From positions 54,684,001-54,748,000 of the forward strand of contig NC_043014.1 of the NCBI RefSeq assembly GCF_006345805.1: a stretch of DNA of 64,000 nucleotides. Reading direction: 5' to 3'. Positions 39,221 to 54,691 of this stretch are shown here, piece after piece. The DNA is from Octopus sinensis. Its lineage: Eukaryota. How positions within the stretch are numbered: position 1 is the stretch's first letter; every line of letters starts with the position of its first letter. The notes beneath the pieces are model-generated. The model was not told the origin of the DNA and searched no databases. It was given only the letters and a program-made list of their open reading frames with translations. The position numbers were made by a program, and so were the translations under genes.

Positions 39221-39647
39221 CTGGAATCTGTCCAGAGACGTGCAACCAAACGCATACCCTCCATCAGACACCTACCATATTCTGAGCGCCTTGTTTCCCT
39301 GGGCATGGATTCACTGAAGCTCCGGCGTCTAGCGACGGACTTGGTAAACACCCACAAGGTTATCAACCGCCTCACCAACAACAACACTGAACACCTTTTT
39401 GATCTCCATGTGTCTAACACACGTGGACATGCCTACAAAGTCAGAAAACAACACAGCTCCCATGACTTTCGGAAACATTTTTTCACGCTCAGGGTTGCTG
39501 AAGCGTGGAATAAACTGCCTGCATGAGTTGTTGACTGCCATGACACTGCATCCTTTAAGGCCCTCATGCTTCCCGAAATCCGTCGAAACTACACCTGATT
39601 ATATATACACTTTAGATGAGTTGTAGTGCACCTGAGCACTGTACACA

Positions 39648-39672
<25 letters not shown>
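39221..39672 (+). mobile_element. CR1-clade LINE 3' end inserted in a SINE A
   Basis: LESVQRRATKRIP..YSERL..LRRLATDL..TRGHAYK..FFTLRVAEAWNKLP, then an (ATT)n tail. SINE A halves flank it. Confidence 0.85.
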
Positions 39673-39679
<7 letters not shown>

Positions 39680-40740
39680 GTATATATATATATATATGTG
39701 TATGTGTGTGTATGTTTGTGTGTCTGTGTTTGTCCCTCTAGCATTGCTTGACAACTGATGCTGGTGTGTTTACGTCCCCATAACTTAGTGGTTCGGCAAA
39801 AGAGGCCGATAGAATAAGTACTGGGCTTACAAAGAATAAATCCTGGGGTCGATTTGCTCGACTAAGGGCGGTGCTCCAGCATGGCCACAGTCAAATGACT
39901 GAAACAAGTAAAAGAGTAAAAGAGTAAAGAGAGTATATAACAAGAAAGGGCCAAGATCAAGGAAGCTTTAAACAAAAGCAACCAGGCAGGCGCCGCAATT
40001 TGGGGAATGTACTAAAAGCTAAAAGTTTTAGGTTATTTGACCTATAAATATATAAAAATACATGAAAATGTGATGAAAATGTGCTGAGGTGACATAGTTA
40101 GTGTCAATCATATTGATAAGTGTGAAATGGCATTCTGGTTTGTGAAAGAAAGAACAACAGAAGTGTAACTGGCATCACACCACCACCACCACCACCACCA
40201 CATATAGTAGCAGCAGCAGCAGCAGTAGTAGAGGTCATTGCTACCAACACCACCACCACCACCACCATCGCTACTGTCACCATCACCACTGCCTCCACCT
40301 CCACTGCCACAAGTACCATCATCATCATCATCATCATCGCCACCACTACATCACCATATTGACCCTCCCCTTCCCCCCACCACCTGACTAACAATCATCA
40401 TCATCATCGTCGTTGTCGTCATCATCACCACCATCAACAGTAGTAACAGTAGCAGAAACAATGAAGAGTGGCAGACGTGGGGGCAGGGGTGAATGCAGTC
40501 CTCATCCCAACCAACAAACGAGACCCCTACGTGGTCGTTCAGCCTGCTGGAAATAACTACCAATTCTTCCTCAAATAACATTGAACTGTCTTTGAAAAAA
40601 AGACAAGGAGACATTAAACAATTTCATTTCTGATACATAAACATGAAAGGATGGTTAGAGCTGGAATCATCATCATCACCATCACCATCATCACCATCAT
40701 CATCATCACCATCATCATCATCACCATCATCGTCATCGTC

Positions 40741-40772
<32 letters not shown>

Positions 40773-42394
40773 CACCATCATCACCATCATCATCATCATC
40801 GTTTAACGTCCGCTTTCCATGCTAGCATGGGTTGGACGATTTTGACTGAGGGCTGGCAAACCAGATGGCTGCACCAGGCTCCAATCTTGATCTGGCAGAG
40901 TTTCTACAGCTGGATGCCCTTCCTAACGCCAACCACTCCGAGAGTGTAGTGGGTGCTTTTTACGTGCCACCGGCGCAGAGGCCAGTCAGGCGGCACCGGC
41001 AACAACCACGCTCGAATCTTTTTACACATGCCAGCGGCACAGGTGCCAGTAAGGCAACGCTGGTAACGATCACGCTCAAATGGTGCCTTCGCTTGAATGG
41101 TCTTTGATTAAAATAAATCTGCTTAATCAGGACTTACCTGGGGCTATATAACAACAACAACAGCAACAACAAAATGGGAGGCTTCTATGTAGTCATTTAA
41201 TCTGCTAGAAATATCAGTCAAACCTCATTCAAAGTTCATTCTATTGTCTTTAAAATATGAAGGACACATTAAGTAGTGTGGTCCTAGATATACTGTTGTC
41301 TGAATGAAGTAGGGTTGGTCAAATCTGGAATGTCCTTGATCAGAGGTTTGCTCAGTTTCAAGTGACTTGAAGCTAAACAACAACAGTGAAGGAAGGGATT
41401 CTATCTGGTTGATCAACCTGCTAGAACTAACAGCTAAATCTCCCTCAAGTTTCACCCTTCCAAATTAAAAGAAGGTAAGGGGTCACATTATATATCGGAG
41501 AATCTTGGGTCTGGCTTGGTATTCCGGCTGTGACAAGAGAGGCTTGTTCATTGTTAGGATATCTTTGATCATATCTGCTACAGCCCCATATATGTTCTAT
41601 AGTAAAGTTGAAAAACTTTGATTAACTGAGATTATCCTTGCAACTAGTAGTAAAAATCTCCCACTGGGGTTGTTTGAAAACACAATAGTAATATCTACAA
41701 AATAAAAGTTTTTAGAAAGAAATGAAGCCAATGCAGGTAGAAATAGGTTTTGTCATTAAAACCAACTAATGAAAGCAAGAAATATGTTTCAATCTTATTA
41801 GACCTCATCAGTGTAACATATTCTATTCAGTTGGCCAGGCTTAAACATGATCAATATACAGGTGCATATTGCACACTGTTATTTTGAAAAGCAGTTGTCT
41901 ACGTGACTGCAAAACAAGCTTCTTAACTGCGCAACCATTCCTGCACTTAGTGACAAAGTTATTTGATTAAATTCTTTGTTATTTTCAAAGTTAATTCAAA
42001 CAAAGGCAGAGTATTTCAACAGGAATTTCGGTGAGAAAAGGGGGTCAAACTAAAGAGGAAATATTGTTGAAGGAGATCTCTTTAATAGTTGTTACGTTTA
42101 TTGAGTGTAGTCTCCACAATAGCATCTTTACTGAGATAAATAATGGTCGAGAAATATTTTTGTATCGAAACATCAGAAGATGGAAATAAATCAACAAAAA
42201 ATATAACAAATGGAACAAACTTAATTTTTTGAAGAAGAAGAAGTGTACACAGGTGTTGTTGTTTTTGTTGTTGTGATTCAAAGAAAATTTAGCTGTTATT
42301 TTGAGCAGGCTGAGTTTTCAAATAGAGACCCCTACTTGTAGCAGACATCTGGTGTTGTTGTTGTTGGTGCTGTTACTGTTGCTGTTGAGCATAG

Positions 42395-42710
42395 CGGTCT
42401 TCGTCCAGTGGGAGAAGTCCGAATCATGGTCCTTTGCTATTCGTAAGGCCCGCAGAAGAGAAAGCAGGTCAACCCCCGACACCGAGAGCATCGACGGATG
42501 GATGAATGCGCATCCAGGCTCAGTGGTTGCGTACGAAGTCGGGGATAAGAAACAGGAAGTAAGAGTGAGAGAAAGTTGGGTGAAAGAGTACAACAGGGGT
42601 CGTCAGGTGTTTTTGCTCAGTAAACACACACAACACCCGGTCTGGGAATCGAAACCGCAATCCTCCGACTGGGAGTCCGCTGCCCTAACCGTTGGGCCAT
42701 TGTACCTCCA
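42395..42710 (-). mobile_element. SINE D head and body joined to a different 3' tail
   Basis: Head matches the 28122 copy. The tail (reverse complement of 42395-42545) is unlike the D tail and ends in CAA/CAG-rich repeats. Confidence 0.65.
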
Positions 42711-45700
42711 CTTGTTGGTGCTGCTGCTGCTGCTGTTGCTGTTGTTGTAATTCAGAGGACATTTGGTTTCTATTTCAAGCAGGTTGAGTGTCCAGGTGGA
42801 GACCTGATCTCTAGCAGATGGTTGATGTTGTTGTTGCTGATACAGTTTATATTGTTGTTGTTTTTCTTGTTGTTTAGCTTTGCTTGGGTCGACCTATGAC
42901 CAATGCCAGTCCATAACGACCATCCCATTTTAATATCTTTCTTCTTGGCACACTGTACCTTAGACTACATTATTTTAATGTGTCAATTCTTCTTAAGACA
43001 GCGAGATGTGATATGAGAAAGATTTGGCTGCTGGTAAAGGTTTATATAAATACCCATGTAAAAAGAGATGAAGTATGGAAAAAAAATAAAAATGAAAAAA
43101 ATGATATATAGGTGTAGGAGTGGCTGTGTGGTAAGTAGCTGCTTACCTACCACATGGTTCCGGGTTCAGTCCCACTGCGTGGCATCTTGGGCAAGTGTCT
43201 TCTACTATAGCCTCGGACCGACCAAAGCTTTGTGAGTGGATTTGGTAGACGGAAACTGAAAGAAGCCCATCGTATATATATATATATATATGTATGTGAT
43301 TGTCTATGTTTGTGTGTCTGTGTTTGTTCCCCCAACATCGCTTGACAACCGATGCTGGTGTGTTTAAGTCCCCGTAACTTAGCGGTTTGGCAAAAGAGAG
43401 ACCGATAGAATAAGTACTAGGTTTACAAAGAATAAGTCCTGAGGTTGATTTGCTCGACTTAAAGGTGGTGCTCCAGCATGGCCACAGTCAAATGACTGAA
43501 ACAAGTAAAAGAGAGTAAAGAGTACACGTCTAAGAAATCCGTTAATAACAGGTTTTTAAATGCCAACATGTTATAAAATTGCCGTAAATCCAGGTGGGAA
43601 AAGAATTGCAATGATACACACCTTTTAAGCTAAAATGATTCTTAAGAGCATTTTATATTTAGAAAAACATGAATTTCAGCAGTTATTTCATTAAGAATAT
43701 ACATAATTAATTCTATAATTATGCACTTATAGAATTAATGATGTATATTCCTAATAAACGTAATTAAATTATGACCAATTTGTGGAATTTATGTTTTTGT
43801 ACATTTTATTCAATGTTGGAATTGATATATTTGAGTAAAAACAGCTTCAATGTGGCGTCCTGGCAAGTCAGCAGACCAAGGATTACTTAAGAGAAAAAGA
43901 ACACACACACACACATGTGTGTGTGTGTGTGTGTACTTATAAGATAAGGATATAATCATAAAAACGAATATATCAGTGGCCTAGTACATAAAAATGACCT
44001 TATAGGTAGCATTAATTTTTTCACATATATAATTATAAAAATAATGGATTGTAGGTATTTGACATCTACTTCTAGCATTGGCTATGGTCATTGCCAGTAG
44101 CCCTTAGCTATACTCTTTCTCTTTTACTTGTTTCAGTCATTTGACTGCGGCCATGCTGGAGCATCGCCTTTAGTCGAGCAAATTGACCCCGGGACTTATT
44201 CTTTGTAAGCCCAGTACTTATTCTATCGGTCTCTTTTGCCGAACCGCTAAGTGGCGGGGACGTAAACACACCAGCATCGGTTCTCAAGCAATGCTAGGGG
44301 GACAAACACAGACACACAAACATACACACACATACACATATATATATATATACATATATACGACAGGCTTCTTTCAGTTTCCGTCTACCAAATCCACTCA
44401 CAAGGCATTGGTCGGCCCGGGGCTATAGCAGAAGACACTTGCCCAAGATGCCACGCAGTGGGACTGAACCCGGAACCATGTCATTGGTTAGCAAGCTACT
44501 TACCACACAGCCACTCCTGCGCCTATAATTATATATATAAAAAAGTATATATAGGCGTAGGAGTGGCTGTGTGGTAAGTAGCTTGCTTACCACCCACATG
44601 GTTCCGGGTTCAGTCCCACTGCGTGGCACCTTAGACAAGTGTCTTCTATCTATAGCCTCGGGCCAACCAAAGCCTTGTGAGTGGATTTGGTAGACGGAAA
44701 CTGAAAGAAGCCCATCGTATATATGTATATATATATATATGTGTGTGTGTGTCTGTTTGTCCCCCCAACATCGCTTGACAACTGATGCTGGTGTGTTTAC
44801 GTCCCTGTAACTTAGCGGCTCAGCAAAAAGGGACCGATAGAATAAGTACTAGGCTTACAAAGAATAAGTGCTGGGGTCGATTTTCTCGACTAAAGGCAGT
44901 GCTCCAGCATGGCCACAGTCAAATGACTGAAACAAGTAAAAGAGTAAAAAAAAAGAATATTACATATCTCTATTTTATATATATATATATAAAACTGGCT
45001 TCTCTGCTGACGAGGTACGCCAGTTGTAAATAAATTTAATTTAATTTAATTTAATTTAATTAATTTGTTTACTAAAGTTTGCCAAAACTATGCATAGTCC
45101 AGAGATGAAAGGGGTAAACGTTTTTATTTCTCTTTCAATTTCAGAATTACAACTATTAGCGGTTTGAGTTTGGCTGCTCTTTCTAGTGAGTCGAATGTCC
45201 TATTATGGACATTCCTTATATTTTTGAATGTTATATATATATATTACATATCCCTGCTATTTATAGTATGTATATATATTACATATCTCTGCTATTTATA
45301 TTATATATATTACATATCTCTTATATAAATATATATATTACATATCCCTGTTATAATATATCTCTGTTATATTTCTTATCATTAAACATTTGATCACAGA
45401 TTATTGCTGAGTGGGGTTCGTTTATAATTCCTATTGTTGATCCCTTCATATTCATTTATTAAGGTTTCCCTCGTTAACAATTAATTTTCCTTATCAAGGG
45501 TATTGTTGTTATTGTTGTTCAAGCCTCCAGGTTTGCTTTCATTGATCGAATGGAATCTTAAGATCAAAGGCACTCCTAACTGTTTCCTTTAGGTGGACTT
45601 ATCCTCTATGGCTGCAGCTTCTGGTGGTGGCCATAACAGAGGCAAAGTAGTTTCCATCCAAATCGTTACAGTTGATGTTGGTCTGCATTAATCATTAATG

Positions 45701-46375
45701 ATTAATCTGGCAGGTTCTTGTATAGCTTCAAGAGTTAATTAGAGAAATAATTAACCCAGAGATTGCAGGTTCTAAGCCCATCACATTTCCAATAACTAGT
45801 TTTTACTAATGACACTAAAGTAGCAATTTGTAATTAAATGTTTTACTAGTTCTTTTAATGAACATTTAGAAAAAGAAAAATATGTTGTTTTTTTTTACTT
45901 CTAATTAATTAAAAGCTAATATTTTTTTCAATGTGAAATGTCTTAGATTAGAAGAATCAGTTGAACACTGGGCAAAATACCTTGTGGTATTTAATTACAG
46001 TCTTTTATGTTTTGAGTTCAGATCCTGTCAAGATTGACTCCGTTTCATCCTCCTGGGGTCGATAAATTTAAAGCACTGAATAAGTAGTGGGTTTGATTTA
46101 AAACTCTGAGTTTCTCAACCATTTTTCACCCTTGGACCCCTTTAAATCTTATTTTAGTTGGGTGGACCATCATAGCCATTCCATGTTTAAAAAAGAGAAA
46201 TTTTTATAATTAAATATTTTTAGGAATTCTATAAAAAAAATTGTTGAAATATTTTGTGTATTTCAGAAATATGACCAATTTATTGGTGGTGCCCCAGCAT
46301 GGCCGCAGCCTTCAGGCTAAAATATTTTTAAGGATTTAAGGATTTTTAAGGATACATTTTAACAACAAAAGCTTA

Positions 46376-46439
46376 TATGGATCCCCAAGAGCCGTGTGGA
46401 CCCCCAAGGGCTGTATAGACCCCCAAGGGCCATATGGAC
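46376..46439 (+). repeat. 19-bp minisatellite, ~3.3 units
   Basis: TATGGATCCCCAAGAGCCG / TGTGGACCCCCAAGGGCTG / TATAGACCCCCAAGGGCCA. Confidence 0.85.
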
Positions 46440-49400
46440 TGTGGCTGTGAACCATTGTAACGCAGAGTTCTCTCTCCCACAAATTTCTAACCTTGTGCCA
46501 TGTTCTAAATTGAAACCTGGCCAAGGCCAACTTTGCTTTAATCCTTCCAAGGTTGATAAAATAAAACAGCAAAATAACAGTCAAGCACTGAGATCAATTT
46601 AACCAACCCTGACCCTCCCTCATAAATTTCTAATCACATGCCACAAACCCAGTCAAGGTCAACTCTGCCTTTCAACCTTTCGGAGTTGGTTAAAATAAAA
46701 TAACAAAATGGGGTTTGTTCCAGTCGACAATATTTTCCTTTATAAATGTTCCACCTTTAAACATGAAGGCTTTAATATGAAGGGAGGAATATTTGATGCA
46801 GTCGGCACCAATTTCAGGAAGATGAAAGAAACAAGAAAACTGAAATGATTTTACATTAAAATTTGTAATCCTTTTTTAAAAACTTTATTTATTTATTCTA
46901 ACTCAGTAATCTAATCCATTTTGAAGGATTTGAATTAACTCATTAATCCTTCAGTATTATGATGCTGATTTCTAACATTATAAATCGTTTTACGCCTGGT
47001 GAGCAGCAAAATTCAAAAGGATGGCTTGTATATTTATCTTGATAGATTCTGGAAGACTCCAACTCATCTCTGCCAATCATCGTTTATTATCCATTGATGG
47101 ATACCAGTACGGGTCAAAGAATAGTTTTTTCACTGAAATTATAAACAAGGCCATTGGCTCTTGATTGAATACTCTGGGTGTTTCTGGCTGATGAGACACA
47201 ATCTGTTGAAACACCAGTGTCCCAGAATCCTTTGCACTAATGAATGCTTATTTATCATTAGGCTGTTCTCCTGTGACATACACAACAGCAATTAGCATAT
47301 TGGAGTTTGAATGTGCTGCTGGAATGTATTAAGAATAAATATGGAAATCATCGTGTATATATCATCATCATCATAATTTATTGCCCATTTTCCATGCTAG
47401 CATGGGTTGGATGGTTTGACAAGGGCAGGTTCATCATCATCATTTAACGTCTGTTTTCCATGCTAGCATGGGTTGGACGGTTCGACTGGGGTCTGGGAAG
47501 CCAGGAGGCTGCACCAGGCTCCAGTCTGATCTGGCAGTGTTTCTACAGCTGGATGCCCTTCCTAACACCAACCACTCCGTGAGTGTAGTGGGTGCTTTTT
47601 ACGTGCCACCTGCACAGGTGCCAGGCAAGGCTGGCAATGGCCATGGTCGGATTGGTGCATTTTACGTGCCACCGGCACAGAAGCCAGTCAAGGCGGCACT
47701 GGCATTGGCCACAATTCGGATAGCACTATTTACGTGCCACCGGCTCAGGGATCACAGCTGCAGTTTCCATTGATTTTCATGTCAGTGTACTTGACTCAAT
47801 GGATCTCCTCAAGCAAAGGGTCGAAATGGTGTTTCTTCACTTGCCACCTGCACAGGAGTCAGTCCACACTGATAATTGTAGTCAGAGATAGACTGTGTCT
47901 AAATTAGAGAAAAAAATGGACCTTGTATTTGATCACAACTCAGCTCAATCAAGGCTGACATCAGACTAAACAACACCAACAATGAACAAGTTTGCATTCA
48001 CTGCTTTGTTGCAATATTTCTGTTGAAATGGATTGCATTTAATTGAAATAATTTTGAAAATAATGCATAATTAAGTAAAATAACTTTTGTCATTATGAAG
48101 CTGGTGTTTCTAACATAAATTAACATGAAATTTTAATGAAGGGTTTTAATTTCAATCACTTTGAAACAGGAAGGTTTTTAACATTGAACCAGGAATGGCT
48201 TCAGAAGGGTTCGACTGATTAATAGGTTTCCATTTGCATGTTAAATTAAACATGATTAAAAGATAGTTTCCCTCGTTTAATTACACCAAACGCACACACT
48301 CGTTTATATGGCCGAGTAAATTAGGTGTTGAACTATTCTCGCATTTATTTCAGTTTAATCCTGGCAGGAACCAGGCACCGGAACATTTTGGTGAAGCTGC
48401 CTTACAAACAATTTAATGGCTGAGCCAGGTTTTGGCTTTTCACTTCTCGTTGTCTTTGAGAGAATGGAGTCAGATACCAACCACACAGAGTCAAATGCAC
48501 ACACGTGCATATACACATGCATATACACACACATACATGGGCTTAAGCTAATTGGGAGAAATAGCAGCTAAATGTCCATTGTGTCACATTCTGCTACAAT
48601 GAAGGATTTCTTGGGTAATGTGACTCTAGATAGAGAAAAAGATGTAATGGTCATGGCTGGAATGGCTAAAGGGCCTTTCGTTATTGATCTCCTAGATCAA
48701 GGCTGACCTCAGGCTCAACAGCAACATTAACGGCAACAGCACCACCACCTACTACTACTACTGCCACCACTACCACCACCACCACACCACCACTACCATT
48801 ACCACCACCACCACCACTACTACTACCACTATTATTACTACTACTACTACCACCACCACCACCACCACCACCACCACCATCATCACTACTACTACTACTA
48901 CTACTACTACTACAATAACACCAAGAGCTGCAGCCAAGACAACAACAACACCAATTACAGAGTAAATGAAGATTTTGCAATTTATTTTGAAATCCGTTTT
49001 GCCGTTTTGCAGCTGGAAGAAAGCATTGGAACCGGGCAAGTAATTCTGTAAGAAAAGCAACGACTGAGAAACGGTTTATTAGAACTTGGAATTAAAGGTG
49101 AAAACATATTTATCCAATATTCCAATCTTAATAAGCCTCAAATGCTGAAACGAAATATTTTAAGTTTCAAAATTAAAACAGATTTATATCTTAATTATTC
49201 ATTTTTTTATTATTATTATTATTATTTTTTTACAATTTTGGTTTATTATAGCTGCTAATAAGCTCATTAAAACCACCAGAATGCTGAATAACATACAAAA
49301 AAAAAAAATCAATTTTAAATTATTTCATCTTTAGTAAGCCCTTACGAGGGAATGAAAACTATATTAATCATAAAATTGTTTAAATATTTCAATTTTTATT

Positions 49401-51376
49401 TCATGATTAAATTTTAATGAAGCTAAAATCTAAAATATTGAACTGCTGATATTTTCTTCACATTAATTATCAATATAGTAAGTTGACGAGCTGGCATAGT
49501 CGTTAGCAAACTGGGCAAGATCCTTAGCAGCATTTCATCTGCCTTTACATTCTGAGTTCAAATTCCACCGAGGTCAACTTTGCCTTTCATTCTTTCAAGG
49601 TCGATAAAATACATACCAGTTGCACTCTGGGGGTCAATCAAATTAACTCACTCCCTCCCCTGAAAATACTAGCCTTGTGCTAAAATTCTAAACCATTATA
49701 TATCAATATGAGCTGGCAGACTCGTTAGCATGGAAGACAAAATGATTAGCAACAGTTGTTTAGCTTGGTACATTCTGAGTTCAAATCCTACCAAGGTCGG
49801 TTTTGCTTTTCATCCTTTCAGAGTTGATAAAATTAAATACCAACCAAATACTGGGGGTTAATGTATTCGACTTGCCCCTCCCCTTGAAGTTGCTGGTTTT
49901 TATGCAGAATCAGTAGAGCATCGGACAAACTGCTTTGTGGCATTCCTTCCAGTTCTTTACATTCTGAGTTCAAATCCCACAAGGTGCTTAGTGATGTTTC
50001 TTCTGGCTCGCAATGTTCTGAGTTCAAATTCCACCTGGGTCAACATTGTCTCTCATCCCACCAAGGCTGATAAAATACAGTACCAGTGCTGAGCTGGGGT
50101 TGACATATTCAATAAATCCAATCTCTGTAAAACTGCTAGTCTTGTGCCTAAATTTTTTGACAATTCTGTAACCATGAGGTCGGTCGATTGACAGAATCAG
50201 CACCGGAGGAAATGGTTTGCAGTATTTTTTCTGACTCTTTATGTTCTGAGATCAATTCCCACCAAGGCCAAACTTTGCATTCCTTTCTTCGGATGTCAAC
50301 AAAATCAAGATACTGAACCGTTTAGGCCTTGTTTCGATGTTGGAACCAATTCTTTGGGCCTCTGTCAGTCAAAGTTGACCGTTTATCTGCACATGTCCAT
50401 GCAAGATTTTTTGAGGAATGCTGGCAATTGCAGATGTTTGCATACCTATCCTACCCTCATCTCCACTGGTCATTGCTGTCACTGAAGGTTATCCAAAACA
50501 AAAGCAACTCATTTGAGCCAATACACCTTGGCATCAACACTATGTTGGAATTGCTCTCAGAATGCAAAGAGCCATAACAAACACCACAAGGCACCAGTCT
50601 TGATCCCTTTCACAGTCCAGCCAATCCATCAACCTTGATTGGTACTTTTTTTCCAACCCCAAAAGGATGAAAGGTGTCTTGGAGAAATTTCGAACCTGGG
50701 TTCTCATTCCTGAGGTATTTTAAGATATTATTATCATTATGATTATTATTATTCAGGTCACTGCCTGGAATTGAACTCGGAATCTTGGGGTTAGTAACCT
50801 GCACTCTTCACCATTACGCTATATATGCCTGTGGGCATATAGTGTAATGATCAGGGTATTCAGCTCACAGCTGTGAGGTTGTGAGTTTGATTCCTGGCCA
50901 TGCAGTGTGTCTCGCAGTGAGACACTTCGTTTCATGTTGTTCCAGTTCACTCAAAATGCGAATTGCACATGCAATTCCAACAGACCAGCCTTGTCGCATT
51001 CTGTGTCATGGTGTTGAATCTCCCTAAGAACTACATTAAGTGTACGTGTGTCTGTGGAGTACTCAGCCACTTACATGTTAATTTCATTGATCAGATCAAC
51101 CGGAACGCTCATCTTCATAATCGACAGAGTGCCAGTCCGTTTTGTTTGTGTTTTCTTTGGGTCTCAAATTTTTACCTTGGCAGAGTTCAAACTGGTCACT
51201 AATTAAGACAGCTTTTGAGGTTTATGAATATGTAAATCAGTTGGTGTATGAATATATATATATATATATAAATGGGGGTGCCCCAGCATGGCCACAGCTC
51301 ATTAGCTGAAACTGGAAAAATCAATCAAAAATCATATATATATATATGCAAATATATATACATATATACATACATA

Positions 51377-51443
<67 letters not shown>

Positions 51444-52429
51444 TACAGGAGTGGCTGTGTGGTAAAAAGCTTGCTTACTAACCACATGGTTCCGGGTTCA
51501 GTCCCAGTCCATGGCACCTTGGGCAAGTGTCTTCTACTATAACCTCGAGCTGACCAATGCCTTGTGAGTGGATTTGGTAGAAGGAAAATGAAAGAAGCCA
51601 ACTGTGTGTGTGTGTGTGTATGCATGTATATATGTATATATGTATGTATGCATGCATGCATGCATGTATGTATGTATTTGTGTATCTGTGTTTGTCTCCC
51701 ACCATCGCCTGACAATCAATGTTTGCGCGTTTACGTCCGCGTTACTTAACAGTTCAGCAAAAAGTGAACAATAGAATAAGTTCTGGGGTCAATTTGTTCG
51801 ACTAAAGGCGGTGCTCCAGCATGGAGTGTGTATGTGTAGATACACTTTGCACTCAAGCAGTGGAGATGGAACTTCAATACACAAGTTTATGTACATCAAT
51901 AGTGTTAGTGTGTGTGTATATAAGTGAATGCATGTTTGTGTGTGTGTGTGTGTGTGTGTCTATGAATGTATGTATGTCTATGTGTGTATGTATGCATGCA
52001 TACATATGGCTATGCACAATGTATGCGTGTACATGGGTACATACATTTATATATATGTATACATATTCTTTTATTTGTTTCAGTCATTTCATTGCAGCCA
52101 TACAGCAAATCGACACCAGGACTTATTCTTTGTAAGCCTAGTACTTATTCTATCGGTCTCTTTTTGCTGAACCGCTAAGTGATGGGGACATAAACACATC
52201 AGCATCGGTTGTCAAGTGATGTTGGGGAGACAAACACAGACACACACCCATATATATATATGACGGGCTTCTTTCAGTTTCCGTCTACCAAATTCACTTA
52301 CAAGGCTTTGGTTAGCCCAAGGCTATAGTAGAAGACACTTGACCAAGGTGCCACGCAGTGGGACTGAACCAGGAACCAAGTGGCTGGTAATCAAGCTACT
52401 TACCACACAACCACTCTCCATAATATATT

Positions 52430-53185
52430 ATGCATTCATATATACACATATACATACATACATATATATACACATTACATACATACATATATATATACAC
52501 ATATACATACATACATATAAATACATATATATAATACATATCATACATATATATATACATACATACATATATATATCATCATACATATATTATACATACA
52601 TACATAATACATATACATACATATATATATACATACATACATACATATACATACATAGATATATACAACAACATATATACATATACATACATATATATAC
52701 ACTATACTATACATACATATATATAGATACACATATACATACATACATATTATATATCACTATCCATACATAAACCTATACATACATACACATATATATA
52801 CATATATATAGATACATATATATACACACATACGTATATATATATACATACACCCACTACACTCGCGGATGGTTGGCGTTAGGAAGGGCATCCAGCCATA
52901 GAAAACTGCCAATCTGACTGGGCCTGATGAAGCCTTCCGGCTTCACAGACCCCAGTTAAACCGTCCAACCCATGCTAGCATGGAAAGCGGACGCTAAATG
53001 ATGATGATGATGATATATACATACATATATATATATATACATATATATATACATACATATATATACATATACTACATTATATACATACATACATACATAT
53101 ATATACATATACATACATACATATATATACATATACATACATACATATATATATACATACATACATATATACATACATACATACA

Positions 53186-53219
<34 letters not shown>

Positions 53220-53332
53220 CATACATACATATATATATACATACATATATATATACATACATATACATACACATACATACATATATATATATATATACAT
53301 ACATATATATATATACATACATATATATATAT

Positions 53333-53365
<33 letters not shown>

Positions 53366-54084
53366 CATACATATACATACATACATATATATAACATATA
53401 CATACATATATATACATATACATACATATATATACATATAATACATATATATACTATATATATATATATATATATACATACATATATATACATATACATA
53501 CATTATATACATATACATACATATATATCATATATATACATATACATACATATATATATATATACATACATATACATACATATATATATATATACATACA
53601 TATACATACATATATATATATATACATACATATATATATATACATACATATATATATATACATACATATATATATATACATACATATACATACATATATA
53701 TATATATATACATACATATACATATATACATACATATACATACATATATATATATATACATACATATACATACATATATATATATACATACATATACACA
53801 TATATATATACATACATATACATACATATACATACATATACATACATATATATAATATACATACATATACATACATATATATATATATACATACATATAC
53901 ATACTATATATATATATACATACATATACATACATATATATATATATACATACATATACATACATATATATATATATACATACATATACATACATATATA
54001 TATATATACATACATATACATACATATATATATATATATATATACATACATATACATACATATATATATATATATACATACATA

Positions 54085-54157
<73 letters not shown>

Positions 54158-54439
54158 ACATACATATATTTTGTTTTTGTTTTTGTTTTTCCAGTTTCAG
54201 CTCTTGAGCTGTGGCCATGCTGGGGCACCGCCATTGTGGTGAATGAGTACAGCAGGGATCACCACCCCCTGCCGGAGCCTCGTAGAGCTTTTTTAGGTGT
54301 TTTCGCTCAATAAACACACACAACGCCCAGTCTGAGAATCGAAACCGCGATCCTGCGACCGCGAGTCCGCTGCCCTAACCACTAGGCCATTGCGCCTCTA
54401 CATATACATATATATATATATATATATACATACATATAC

Positions 54440-54470
<31 letters not shown>

Positions 54471-54608
54471 CATATATACATACATATACATATATATATA
54501 TATATATACATACATATACATACAATATATATATATATACATACATATACATACATATATATATATATATACATACATATACATACATATATATATATAT
54601 ATACATAC

Positions 54609-54649
<41 letters not shown>

Positions 54650-54652
54650 CAT

Positions 54653-54691
<39 letters not shown>

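Noticed and set aside
46990-47330. Unique island with 40-57-aa open frames on both strands
   Set aside because: No consistent splice-site pair or recognisable motif, so it is within chance expectation.
49013-49039. LEESIGTGQ as the start of a kinase glycine-rich loop
   Set aside because: No following FG..V exon or other kinase motifs were found in the window. Kept only as an unnamed candidate microexon.
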